A DNA stretch of 64,000 bases, from contig NMRA01000279.1 in assembly GCA_002633005.1 (NCBI GenBank), positions 11,233-75,232 on the forward strand, read 5' to 3'. Both the position numbers and the translations under genes were made by a program. The notes beneath the pieces are model-generated. The model saw only the letters and a list, made by a program, of their open reading frames with translations. It was not told where the DNA came from and searched no databases. Positions 39,140 through 50,758 of this stretch are shown here, piece by piece. Each line of letters opens with the position of its first letter. Position 1 is the first letter of the stretch. This DNA is from Phoronis australis. Lineage: Eukaryota; Animalia; Phoronida.

Positions 39140-40103
39140 CTGGAAAACATATTTTATAATTGAATAGTCGCTTAACATTCGTAAAGTTTCACGAGTTAAT
39201 TGAAAGTTTTGTCGAACTTCATACACGTAACCTCAACATAATTAATCCATCTCGAGGTTATTTTTGACAATAAACAAAATTTGATTGCATCTGAACGCAA
39301 TATGTCATTCTTGCAAAAGAGAAAATACGCCAGAACAAAATATGGTGGTTCCAAAACAGCTAAATAGCTCAAGAATAACAAAGATTAACCAGAAACGTAT
39401 ATATGCGACCTCTTTTGAGCAATGTTTCAGTTATTTCAATCACTGCCACAGTACAAATCAAAAATCCATCCATGTCTGCCGCGTAATGCTGCAGGGGCAT
39501 GGTGATCACAACCCGCATTACACATCATTTTGACTCTAGTTACGCCAGTTAAAGTTCTTGAAATATGCTTCTGGGTAGAATTCAGAAGCTGTCTCGCCGC
39601 TAGAAAAATTTAGCCATAAGCACTGGTTCTCATTTATAACAGATTAAAAACTATTGACTATTTCAAACTGTAATTCAGGTGTTCTATGTACGAGTTGTTT
39701 TATAACTCACGTGCAATGACACAAATCTGACACTAAATTTAAAAACCAACAACCCAGTCACATCAATGGCAGTGAACTTGCAAAATAACGTAATGACAAT
39801 AAATTCCGAGTTCATTCCTGCAGTAGCTGTATATTTTTCGGGGCATCAGATTTTCAGGATTCGTCCGTAAAAGGAAATTACGCCAAACAGTTTCAAAGCG
39901 GCCTCAGTACTCTGTGATGACCATTAACAGGGTTAAGTCCAACTCAGTCACAGGGTTCCTCTATGGAATCATTTCTCATTGTATTCTTATGTAACTCAAA
40001 TTCCGCTACAATATGTCAGTAAGAGATCAACAGGAGCAGATTCCACTGCGTGTGCCAGAATCTGAGTTACGTTCACACCGGCAGCATTAATAAAAGGGTC
40101 AAG

Positions 40104-40182
40104 CATGGGCGGCGCACCATAGGGGGCTGAGGGGAGGGGGCTGTAGCCCCTTCACTTACATTTCAGTGCTGCGCCGCCCATG
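40104..40182. mobile_element. 79-bp MITE in the copy 4 intron
   Basis: Perfect 13-bp TIRs CATGGGCGGCGCA / TGCGCCGCCCATG, with a degenerate second unit at ~40193-40240. No clean TSD. Confidence 0.65.
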
Positions 40183-40597
40183 GTCACTTTACTAGGGCGG
40201 CACAACCCCCCTCTTATTTTTTTGAGTGCTGCGCCGCACTCTTAGTTATCAACCCGGGTAGAGTTCAGTAAAGCTAGCACTTAGCGAAAAAGCAAGATTA
40301 TGCGAGATATTGTCGTGTTTGATAAGATCGAGCCCGTGGTTTGGGCTAGATCTTCTCGCCGCTAGAAGGTTTTGGACTCTACTACCATGTTCTCGGAATT
40401 TTCTGCGTCACCTAGTGAATGTGAATGGTTCATTTGGCTCAGTAATTGTTCGCCTATCCCGCTAACGTGTAACAGCAAACGCACTAATGACTGATACATT
40501 TGGAGTTCCATAAGGCAGTGTATGGAACGCCGTGTTCTTGACTTAAGATAACGCGTGTAATGCACTCGTAAAACACAATGGCGTGCTACGGAAGGGC

Positions 40598-40753
40598 CAG
40601 TGCTGTAGTGGTAAAATTAGAGGTAAGTGGGCGCCCAAATCCCACCGTATCACCTTGAGCACTGAACGTAATTTACGTTACTTAGGCGCTACGTTCAAAT
40701 GCCAAAAGGTGGTTGGCTGCGCCTACGTGCGCCTACGCCCCACTACAGCACTG
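40598..40753 (+). mobile_element. hAT-type MITE (family A, copy 2)
   Basis: TIRs CAGTGCTGTAGTGG / CCACTACAGCACTG and TSD GGAAGGGC / GGAAGGAC (7 of 8 match). Confidence 0.9.
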
Positions 40754-42117
40754 GGAAGGACAGGACGAGGCTACGTAAAGAGAGACAAGAGGAGGATACT
40801 ATAACATAACGCGTGAACTAGAATAGTTCAATTGATTGTGGTCAACTAGTTGAATCATGGTAATTTGCTATGGCTACGGTTAGTAATAATAGGGTTTTGT
40901 TGTCTGAGTAATAAGATACATCGGCAACAGATGACAATACATCATCGGCCATAGTTGTGTCCTATTTAACTGGCTTCATGAAATTGGATTCATTTTATCC
41001 GTTATTTCAACGTTGAAACGATATTGTAATGCCTAGAGGGTATTAGTGCACAATATTTAATTAACCATAATGATAAGTTGGTTGCCGTGGTTACTAAAAA
41101 GGGAAGGGATCGCGTAACACACATGTGATTCTCTAACCACAGGGTAGATTCAAACAGCAAGCTCTGTACGTATCACTGACGTATGCGAGACAGGCGGGTT
41201 TCTTCCTACACTAGTTGAATACGATGAACTATAGACGCAGGCGTTAAATGGCTGAAATATTTATAACAATATCTCTTTCACAGAACCAATGTGCTATACT
41301 CCTGGTATAGCTCATTGACAGAACTCAACTTTCATTAATACAGCCAGTTCTAGCCCATCAGGGTAGTCTCCTGCAGAGACAACCCGTGACGTCAGCTTGT
41401 GAGGCCCGGGAACCAGGTTACCATCAGGGCAGTGGTTGTTGGTTTATGTAATGGTTCAAACAAACCCTGGTAACTCCACGGCTGCACGACGGTTAACACT
41501 CGCGAGTGAAACAAGTTCGTTTTTGTCACAATAACGTAGTAACAAGATGGCCAGTGTACTAATCCAGTTGACACTGTCAGCTCCATACTATCAAACTTGT
41601 TTGTCGTTACACTTCAAATGACAATAACTGGTCATTTAGCAGGGAACAAGACTGGCGGTTTAAATTCATAGAGAGGCGGTGACAAAGGGGGAGTTTAGAC
41701 TTCAAAAAATAAATGCGTTGTTATGGCGTTTTTCCATTTTCCAGTAGCTTGGTCGATAAATTTAGCATTCTCTAAAAACTCGGAGCCGTTCGTCTGCCAC
41801 TCCATTGCACCAAACAGGGTACGCGCGGGTTCAAGCGCCTAGGCTATCTTCACAGCAAAGTGCGCCCGAGCAGTAGGCCCGGGAGCCGAGCATCTAGTCT
41901 TATCTACAAAAAAATGAATTTGGACTCCCGCCGTTGTAATGACTTGTTAGGATATTTTTGGACACGCTCTATTTGATCGCAGCTTTCAACTAACCACTAG
42001 AGATCTACGCAGCACATCCAGTCCCAAGGCACTACGTTTTGTCATAATTAATGGCTGCATGGCAGAGTATAACCGCCAATGACCAGGGACAGTGCCTTCT
42101 GAGAACCATAATATTAC

Positions 42118-42754
42118 CTGGAAATACATGTGACCAGAGGGCAGTGCCGTGGGCTAATGCCAAATCTTCCTTCAACGCGTCAACAACCTCCGACCACAAG
42201 TACTCTTTCTGCTGTACAAGATTTTCATTAGGCGGGTAAACCTTGATCACTTCTTTTGATTCAAACTTCTGTCCACCCAGGTGTGCGTCTAAAATCTCCA
42301 TCAAACGGTTACACATGGTAATATTTGAGGTACCGTCAGTGATCACATGACACCAGCTGACAAGCAGAGTGGATAAGAATGCGGACTCTTCCGATCCCCC
42401 TTCAACGAGTTTGACTCTCCACAGCGGGCCGGGTTCACTGAACGGGGTTTCCAGCATGCTGTGGAAAACCTCCAACCAATCGATCTGCACGCGTTCATAA
42501 TCGATAGCGCCTGACTGATTTTCACAAAAGTACTTGGTCCCTTCAATCTCCCTAATAACCATCCGCAACATTGGATAATGATCACGCCAATCCTGCAAAC
42601 ACAACTTCATGACATCATCGGTGACTGGTTTGGTTGTCGAGAGAGTCAGGTTATAAACGATCGTGAACGACTTCTCAGACACGAATGGAAGCAATCCAAC
42701 TTCAGATGGCCCCAAAGCGCGAACCACGCTGGTTTCTAACGATGCACAAGACAT
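42118..42754 (-). CDS. Condensation-domain / alcohol acyltransferase-like protein, copy 4, exon 1 (spliced product 450 aa)
   Basis: ATG at 42754, catalytic motif SWCHVITDGTS, donor CCAG|GTAATA at 42118/42117. 637+716 nt = 451 codons including the stop. Confidence 0.88.
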
Positions 42755-43003
42755 GGCGATTGATTGTCTAATGCGTCCAATTGAAGTTTGCCCTCAATAC
42801 CCCAACACGACGATATGGGGTAGCACGAAAACGGTCACATGTTCATGCTGGTCGTCTGCGCTCAACGCTGCAACGTATCAGTGTTTACAAAAGCCAGCAT
42901 TGACCTTTCCTGACCCGCTAAACAAGAGAGCGGTAAACGACTGGCTTTATTGCCGTCACATCGAAGTTAGTTGTGCCTAGGAACCTCTCTTACTGGTTCC
43001 TAG

Positions 43004-43107
43004 GTTGTGCACACAATTTGCCAAAATTGCAATAACCAAATTTGAATGACGATTTAGTTGTGCACACAATTTGCCAAAATTGCAATAACCATTTTTGAAT
43101 GACGATT
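43004..43107. repeat. Direct tandem duplication, 53-bp period, two copies
   Basis: GTTGTGCACACAATTTGCCAAAATTGCAATAACCA...TTTGAATGACGATT starts at 43004 and again at 43057. Confidence 0.9.
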
Positions 43108-45378
43108 ACTTAGATTAAATGCTGAACAAAAGACAGCTATGGCAGCTGTGCGATAACGATGTAGGCCTAGTCAATTTTTCTAGGCGCAATATCACATTGA
43201 GAAATGTTGAGAAATTTGATGAAGTATAGGCCTAAATTTTCATTCGTACGTCATAATGTTTAATTGCTATTGTTTGTTTTGTCATTTATCTCCATGAGCT
43301 CCGTCCACTTTCAGATAACAAATCCAGCGCCGAAGACTGATATCAGTTGTGTTAGATGTTTGGAGATACAGATGCTATCATACAAATCGAGATCAGGACG
43401 CAGCGGGCGGGAGATAAATTTGACTGCGAAGTGGCCTAGAATTAGTTTTCACCTCACCCAAAATACATTTAAAAGTGAAGAATGGCATAGGCCTACTTGA
43501 AAAAGCTAATAATTACCTCAGCAACTGATTCCGTGCATGTCAGCAAAGACAGCTAGGTTGCTAAGTAAGACATGTAAGTGAAGTATCGAGTCCAACTGAA
43601 TGCATGTTCTCGTTAATAATTAAAGCTGTGATAGAGACTGAAATAGGTCAACTGACGTCATACACATATTTTGTATGACGAGCCGGGATAAGTGAGTGTT
43701 AGGTGTTGCAAAATTCAATGTTCAAAAAATTATGTTAGATATCCGATATCTTTTTTTATATCTGATCTCATGCTTTATACATTAGATGTTAAATTTTTTG
43801 TATTCCATAATGAAAATATTTATGTGCGATTAACTTACTATTGGCCAAAAATCACCAGGGTTTATTTTTAGTAGACAGTGATGAGCTCGCTTGCTGTTGG
43901 AGGCTCGTTATGTTCTCCGAGTTAGTCTGCCTGCGCCAAAGATAGTATAAAATCTTTGCCTGCGCTGCTCTACATTAGGAAATAAATGAAGATCAGGAAA
44001 ACTGAGACGAGAGCCGGTTTGTTTTGTAAGCCAGGTAGTTCTGTGATCAGACGGTTTCAGTTCTATGCGTCAAGTCGTTTACGTTGCACTCAAACCGAAT
44101 GCCAGCGGTACATGTCAGCCTACTCATCCGAGCGTGCCGTGAGAGTTGTGTAATAAAATAACGGAAGCCCCAGACTGCAGCTATTCAAAATCGATTCCTT
44201 ACCTGGCACAGCGGTTAGGCCTATTGTGTGTTCTAAATTCCTACGAGATGCGCCTTTCTGTACCATGACGCAACGAATGCAGGCATAGGACTAGAAGGCT
44301 TATATAACCTCACACAGCACGTGTGCTGCTTTCACTTTTATTTCTTGGCTTGCGGTCAAGTCTTGTGGCCATCGCAAGACCGTGTCGCCCTGGGTAGGCC
44401 GCTGCCGGCGTCGGGGTTCACAGGGCGCGTGACTGTCTGGTGGGGGGTGGGTTGGCGGAATGGCAACCGTGGGGCGAAATCAACGGACTGTACAGGTACC
44501 CTACATTATTTGTGGGTCCAATCGTGTCAGTCGGACAGCGGTCTACAAACTAATCGTTTCAGCAAAGGGATTTGGTCATGAAAGGTTTAAAATGCTGCAG
44601 CCTAGCTGTCAGAACAGTCAAAAGTCGTACACGACGGCCATTCTTATATAGTCTGCTATTATTCCACTTCTTTTGCAAAAACCTACAATTTTGCCGCTAT
44701 ATATGACATTTGCCTCAAAGCAGCGCCAAGTTGGTGATTCCAGGGGTTTCTAAGAAGTGGCAGTTCGTTATTTCTTCAAAATTCTTGGTCATGCCGCCGG
44801 CCGGCGACCGCAAATTTCAGCTTGAAAACTTGCCTGTGTATCCGTTTCTGTCACGAGGATAAGAAGATAAGTTTTCAAACTGAAAAATACAAAAACAAAT
44901 TCATGAAAAGTCAGCATCAATGCATTCGTCCACTGGCAAACAACCAAAAATGTAAGATTGTTTAAAAAAAAACAATTTAATGGGGTAGATCAGTCCGCAA
45001 TGGGGCCATGACCCACAAAAAATCTCACAGATCCCATTTGGCAGTTCGGGGGCGCGAATTGCTGACTGGCAAAGTCTTGGCTAATACTCTGTTCTGCACC
45101 CCCCTCCCCTCCTAACTCAAAATCCTGGATCCGCCCCCCGTTTGTCGTTACGGAAAGGATGAAAGTTTCGAGACCACTACTTTATATCTTAATTCTTGTA
45201 CCATAATCTATTTATCAAGTTCCTTTCCTTTATTTTTTCTATTATTCAATAGCTGATCAGTTTTCCTCACTGAGTTTCATGCAACCTCGCTATGTCTCTC
45301 TAGAATTCTGTCAATTTCATTTGATCTCCATGATAGCAAGTAGCAGCTTATATTGAAGAAAACAACAACGGTTTTAAG

Positions 45379-45428
45379 ACTTGACATGTTTCGGTGTCCG
45401 TCATTTATTCAACACCGTCCTCAGAAGT
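45379..45428 (-). ncRNA. Minimal type I hammerhead ribozyme (Penelope-associated)
   Basis: The minus strand reads ACTT-CTGAGGA-C-GGTGT(loop)ACACC-GAAA-CAT-GTC-AAGT. This gives stem I ACTT/AAGT, the conserved core, stem II, a short palindromic stem III and a GUC cleavage triplet. Confidence 0.8.
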
Positions 45429-45781
45429 GATAATACAATGGCCCAGCAACAAGTAATGAAGCACAGATACAGTCAGTTACAGGGAGTGACAATTGAACTA
45501 GACCAACAATGACAACCTGTGGTGTGTCAGTTGCCTTTTGAGATTGGGCTTGCACCAACTGATGTGTAAAGCCTCACGAATGTTAAGCTCCTTTGTTGTT
45601 ATTGACTGGTCTATCATTGCAAAGTCACTGAAATAGCACTGCTGATAACAATGACTGGAGCTCTGTAGGTGAATATTTACATGTGAATTTCTGTCAGAAT
45701 TTAGATGTTCTTTGGTCCTGGTTTTCAAATGGCGAACAGTTTCGCCTATATAACTGGAGCCACATCCAGCACAGATTATCT
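45379..45781 (-). mobile_element. 3' fragment of a Penelope-like retroelement (GIY-YIG endonuclease end plus pLTR)
   Basis: 45779-45498 translates to IICAGCGSSYIGETVRHLKTRTKEH...HL...LNIREALHISWCKPNLKRQ, the YIG half of a PLE endonuclease. A hammerhead follows ~70 nt after the stop. Confidence 0.88.
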
Positions 45782-48426
45782 GTGATAACTGCCATTCATA
45801 AAAATGCTATTATTTTCGTATTACTCGTAGTTACTGTCAATTTCCATTTTTAACAGCTATTTACCAATTTAACTGGCCAAATTTGTATTCGCATTGATCC
45901 CCCAAATAGCAGAGTGCACTTGACGATTTTTGCCACACTGAAATCACTCTCATAGATGAAATTCGGACCGATTGCAGGGTGTCCCAAAATCTGGGACTAT
46001 ATTACTCCCAGCCCAAAATGTACCCACAATTCAAATGACAATAACCGCATTGTTTATTGACTTTGGTACAACATTAGTGGTTTTAATTCGTAAATAGGCG
46101 AATGACCAAGAAAGAATTAAGCCTTTAAATCTTTGCACATCTGTGATGCCCAGTTTTGAGGTTCCCGTAGTAGAAATACATTTTCGTTCCCCAAAACTGA
46201 GTGAATTAATCGTTCGTTTTCCACTCAGTCGCGTGCATACAGCCCACGCGCCCACTTTCTCAGGAATGTGTAGCAATACAGCTGTAGGGCCGGGCTCTGA
46301 TTACCGGCGTTGTACTCAACTGTGAGTACATTTTTGGGACACCCAGACACCAGAAATGTGGGTACCGCCGGACGGTACGAGTATTTCAACAAGGGATTTG
46401 AAACTGCCCCCAAAGCAATATATAAGAGACCCCGGAAAGGCACTCTTTCAAAATGTACCTTCAAAGCATGGCCCCAATAGGGCAATGCTTCTGGTCTGTA
46501 CCCTTGCTCATTTTACGAATTGGCACTCACCGACTAAAAACGCCCCGGCCCCCGCGACTTCATTCAGATGGCTATTATTTAGGCGAGCTATTTGTTGCCG
46601 GTAACTGGCAGTATTCGCACAGTACGAAGGATAATTTTAACGCACCATTTGTGGTGAACGGAATGCGAAATGAGTGGACAGATAAAATTTCTACTTCTGA
46701 GACACAGCTTATGAAGGCACAGAACAGTTCTCACTACAAAACCCAAATCACTTGATTTGTAACCTTTTCTTCACTCTGTCAAAGACAGCCGGGATGCAAA
46801 GAATGACATGTTTTCAGTTATTTCACATAAAAAGCCCTGCAGATGAGCGCAGAAACTTATTCTCTCTTGTATTTTTGACCCTTTCAATCCCACTGAAAAC
46901 CAAGCTAGACTAAGAAAAATAGGGGCAAAAAAGTGCAAAATCGGCACTTTTCACCTCAAAAACACCACTTCCCTGCCGATGCACAACTAAAACCAACAAT
47001 AGATTCTGAAAGCAAATTTCCTACAAATTCCGAAAATGTAGCCCAAAAGTGCTGTCAACCAACTAGTTTTTTGGCAATTCTGGCTTGTTTGAGGGCTACC
47101 CATGATCGCAGCCAATTTCTCAGTCGCTACGCAGCAATGCAAAATTGCAACCGGGGGCCGCCATCTTGGATAAGAGTGCCGCTACAGCCGAGAAAGTGGC
47201 CTTTTTTATTCTCAGCAAGTTCACAAATACAAACAAAGGCATTCACTGAGCCTACATGCAATGCCCACCTACAAAATGCCCCCAATTAACTTGGCCTACC
47301 CCAAAATTTTAATATTTTGGCAGTGCAAATTGGCCGCAGCCTAACTATTCAGTGCCACCAAAACATACATTAAGAAGGACTCGTTTGTTTAAAAACATCA
47401 CTACTTATATCTGTTTTTTAACAAAACCACATCGTAAAAAGTTTCACCCAGCTTCCGAAAATTCGCTTGTCCCCTCCCCCTTTCCGAAAATACGCTCGGG
47501 CGTATGGTTTCATTTGACATTTTTGAAAGGATATTTTTCAAATATATACCCATGGACCTATTTTCGGAAATTCCCGGTATATGTAGCTTAAATAATAGTG
47601 AATGAGATGTGTGATCAACTAGCTCCCGTGGTCTTGGCTACGTGGCTTACCACAGTAAATAGAGCTTATAGGCTTTAATACTGCCATTGGTCGAAAATAG
47701 TCTGACCTGGATTTTTAACTGAGTGAATATGTTTCCTTCCTAAGATTACTCCTACTAAATTTTTGTTGGCCTCAGATTCCCAGCAAGTTTGTGTCCCCAA
47801 AAATTCTTCGTAAAATTGTATTAAAAAATGTCACTTGTTCCATCGTCTGCGTCTCCAAAGTCTTTGAAAATAAGCCTACATTTTTGAAAGCGAATGCAAT
47901 CTAAGTATCAACGAGCCAATACATTATTCTGACACGTTAATAGGCCTACACACAAAATATTCGGTCCGGGGCTAAGCAATGAACTGACGGAAGATATTTA
48001 GTTGAATAATTGGCCAGCCAGATACACAACGGTAAGTTCATATTTGAAATTGATATGTTATTTCAATTTTACATGACTATTTTTCACACTGTCAAAATCG
48101 AATAAAACACGGATATAGATACGTATAAAATTTAGCCGTATTCTCGCGCAACAACATTATTCGCCCGTATTATCACCTCGGAGTAAACTCGAACTTCCGG
48201 AACGACGACAAGGCCTCGAAAACAGGTGGTGTCTTCCGACACGTCTGAAGCAAGAAATCCTGATGTTCTCAAAACGGGGTGGATGTCCCTTACCAGCTGT
48301 TGCTGATTCCGAGTAGTCTTACATGTACATCGTTTGACCAAAACCAATTCTTTTGCTATCTATTTTACAACGTTTACATGGAATTGATCTACATTTTCAA
48401 GTAATCATAACGCTAAATCGTCGTGA

Positions 48427-48470
48427 GAGACCGTCCGGAGTTGGTATATGGTACAACTCCGGACGGTCTC
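48427..48470. repeat. Perfect 17-bp inverted repeat with a 10-nt loop
   Basis: GAGACCGTCCGGAGTTG-gtatatggta-CAACTCCGGACGGTCTC. Confidence 0.9.
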
Positions 48471-50038
48471 GGCTCAACAGAAAATCACAGTCCTACTGAG
48501 AGTCTACACCAATGTGATAAACGAGACCAGTAGTTCTACTTGCCGCGTTAGCTGTAGGTATCATTATCTCTTTCATGACACAAAATGTGTAACTGGGCAA
48601 AGCCTTTTCAAACTTGTGGATATAAATCAGTGGAGCATGATACCCCTGAGGTCCCTGTCAAGTCCTCACTACAATTCTACGTTGTGCAGTGTCGCTGTGA
48701 ATTATTGCCCTATAGTTGCAAAAGATTATTAAACAATAAGACATGTGAATTCTTCACAAGTTGAGCTGAATAATTAAATTCCAAGTGGCAATGTGGCTGA
48801 ATATTAACAATGGTCAATTAATTAAGTTTAAATACTGCTGCCTCACAACACCGCGGGTAACTATATTCGTGCAGCGGGTCCATTTCCAATACGGTAGACG
48901 TGTCTGTATACATTCTGTAGGACTTTAACGAATTTAAAGGAGAATGCCACCCGATTTAATTAGTCTTTTTACCCTCTTAATCGGTCTATATCGACATAAC
49001 ACCGTGTGCGGTCGATCTTACCTCACCGAGACGGGTGTCTCGTTAACCTGTGAGGAAGGTGAGTAAACAACGCAGCGACGTCAGTGGTTCTTCTGCAGAG
49101 GGAGTCACGCTGTAGTGTGGTGTGTCGTTCCCAATTGTGAGAAGTATGGAGCTGAGATGAAAGCGGTTGTATCAAATTTTTCGATTCCCTCGAGAGCCCA
49201 AAATGCTTTGGAAGTGGCTCGCGGAACTTAAGAATGAAAATTACGCCCTTAATACCAAGTATGAGGCCGTAAAACATCTTCGTTCCGTGTGTGGCCGCCA
49301 TATCGTCGACAAGGAGGCGTTTTACGTGCATAATTTTGTAGCAGCAAACGCATGCGTCAGTCTTTTCCATTCTCGTGCAGTAAGCACTCTGACACCATGA
49401 CAAGTCATTCAAACGGTTTTCGGAACACTTTGACAGTCAAATGTTCGTGATGGTTTTATTATGTGCCAAATTGGGACACATATTTTTCTAAATTTTATGA
49501 CTGAAGGTGATTTCGACCCCAGCCCCGTTCGACATTTGCTTAAAATGGATATTAAATCAAAACATAAGGTTTTGTGATAAAATAGGACTTTCAATTCATA
49601 AACTACAGACAACAAAATAGTTTATCCCACCTTGACTCTACCTAAGCACACCGTGAAACGCAAGACGAAACGGCAAATTTTGTCACATATTTCCGTTTAT
49701 GCGTTTACCAGTACCGATCGTAGGACTTGAATTTTATTGAATTTGAAGAAATAAATGAAAGGAAAAGAATGAATGCACCTATTCATTCGCAGACTCGCGG
49801 CAGTGCTTTTATTCCTCCACTTGGGTGATGAACATCAGAAGAGAGGTGTACGTACTATTAGAGTGTATACGAACTGCTAGAAAAGTTGTCTAAATGAATA
49901 GTCAGTTTTTCTACGGAATGCTAGTTTTTGGCAGCTTGAGTGATGACGGTGGTAATGACATTGACGAATATGAAGTCACTGCTGATTACGATCAGGACTA
50001 CAACCATGATAACAAAAACGGTTTTGAGTCAAGTGTAG

Positions 50039-50190
50039 CAGTGCTGCAGTGGGGCGTAGGCGCACGTAGACGCAGCATATGGCAGTTGAACGTAGCGCCT
50101 ACGCACCGTAGATGAATTACGTTCAATGTTCAAGGTGCTACGGTAGGCTTTGGGCGCCTGCTTACCTTTAATTTCATCCCTACAGCACTG
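50039..50190 (-). mobile_element. hAT-type MITE (family A, copy 3, inverted)
   Basis: Reverse complement of the 5365 and 40598 elements, with TSD AAGTGTAG / AAGTGTCG (7 of 8 match). Confidence 0.88.
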
Positions 50191-50607
50191 AAGTGTCGAA
50201 CGTCTGAATATGATTGGTTGAGACTGCTGAACTATGTAAAAAGAACAATAAAGGTGATAGGTGGTGATGAGGGGGACTTTTCACTATTGGCGCTCTCTAA
50301 AGTAACGGAGAGTTCGAAAGCGATCGACTTCCGCTTTATCCCGACACAGGAGGCGGTGGACAAAAAAACAACAAAATAGCTGGTAGTCATGTTACTTTCT
50401 ACTCTCTGCACCCGATGGAATTTTGCTCGCTCAGTGGCGGATTTAGAGGAGGGCCAAGGGGGCCATTCCCAACCCCTGAATTTCTCCCACGCAATTTTCT
50501 TCATGCAATAATGAGACTATCTGAGCGAGTCCTTTTTTGTTTCGACCTGTCTTTAATTTGTGAAGGCAGTGTGACCTAGTGAATGTCCGCCTAGATCATT
50601 GAGTCTG

Positions 50608-50758
50608 GCGTGCGTTCAGTAGACGCTAGAACCTACGCTAGGACCCAGCTAAAATCTAGTCAAGGTCACGTGCTCTCATTTGAAATACACGGCAATATCT
50701 CACGTAATCTCGCGAAGTCTTGCTTTTTAGCGAGGTCCTAGCGTTACTGAACGGGAGG
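50608..50758. mobile_element. PIF/Harbinger-like MITE
   Basis: Imperfect TIRs CGTTCAGTAGACGCTAGAACCT / AGGTCCTAGCGTTACTGAACG, with CTG on both flanks. Confidence 0.65.

Noticed and set aside
7354-42754. NRPS gene cluster
   Set aside because: Only stand-alone condensation-like proteins are present. No adenylation, thiolation or thioesterase motifs were seen.
46031-47591. Cluster of 60-120 aa ORFs
   Set aside because: There are no domain motifs, the ORFs overlap on both strands, and the composition is typical of a non-autonomous repeat interior whose ends I could not define.
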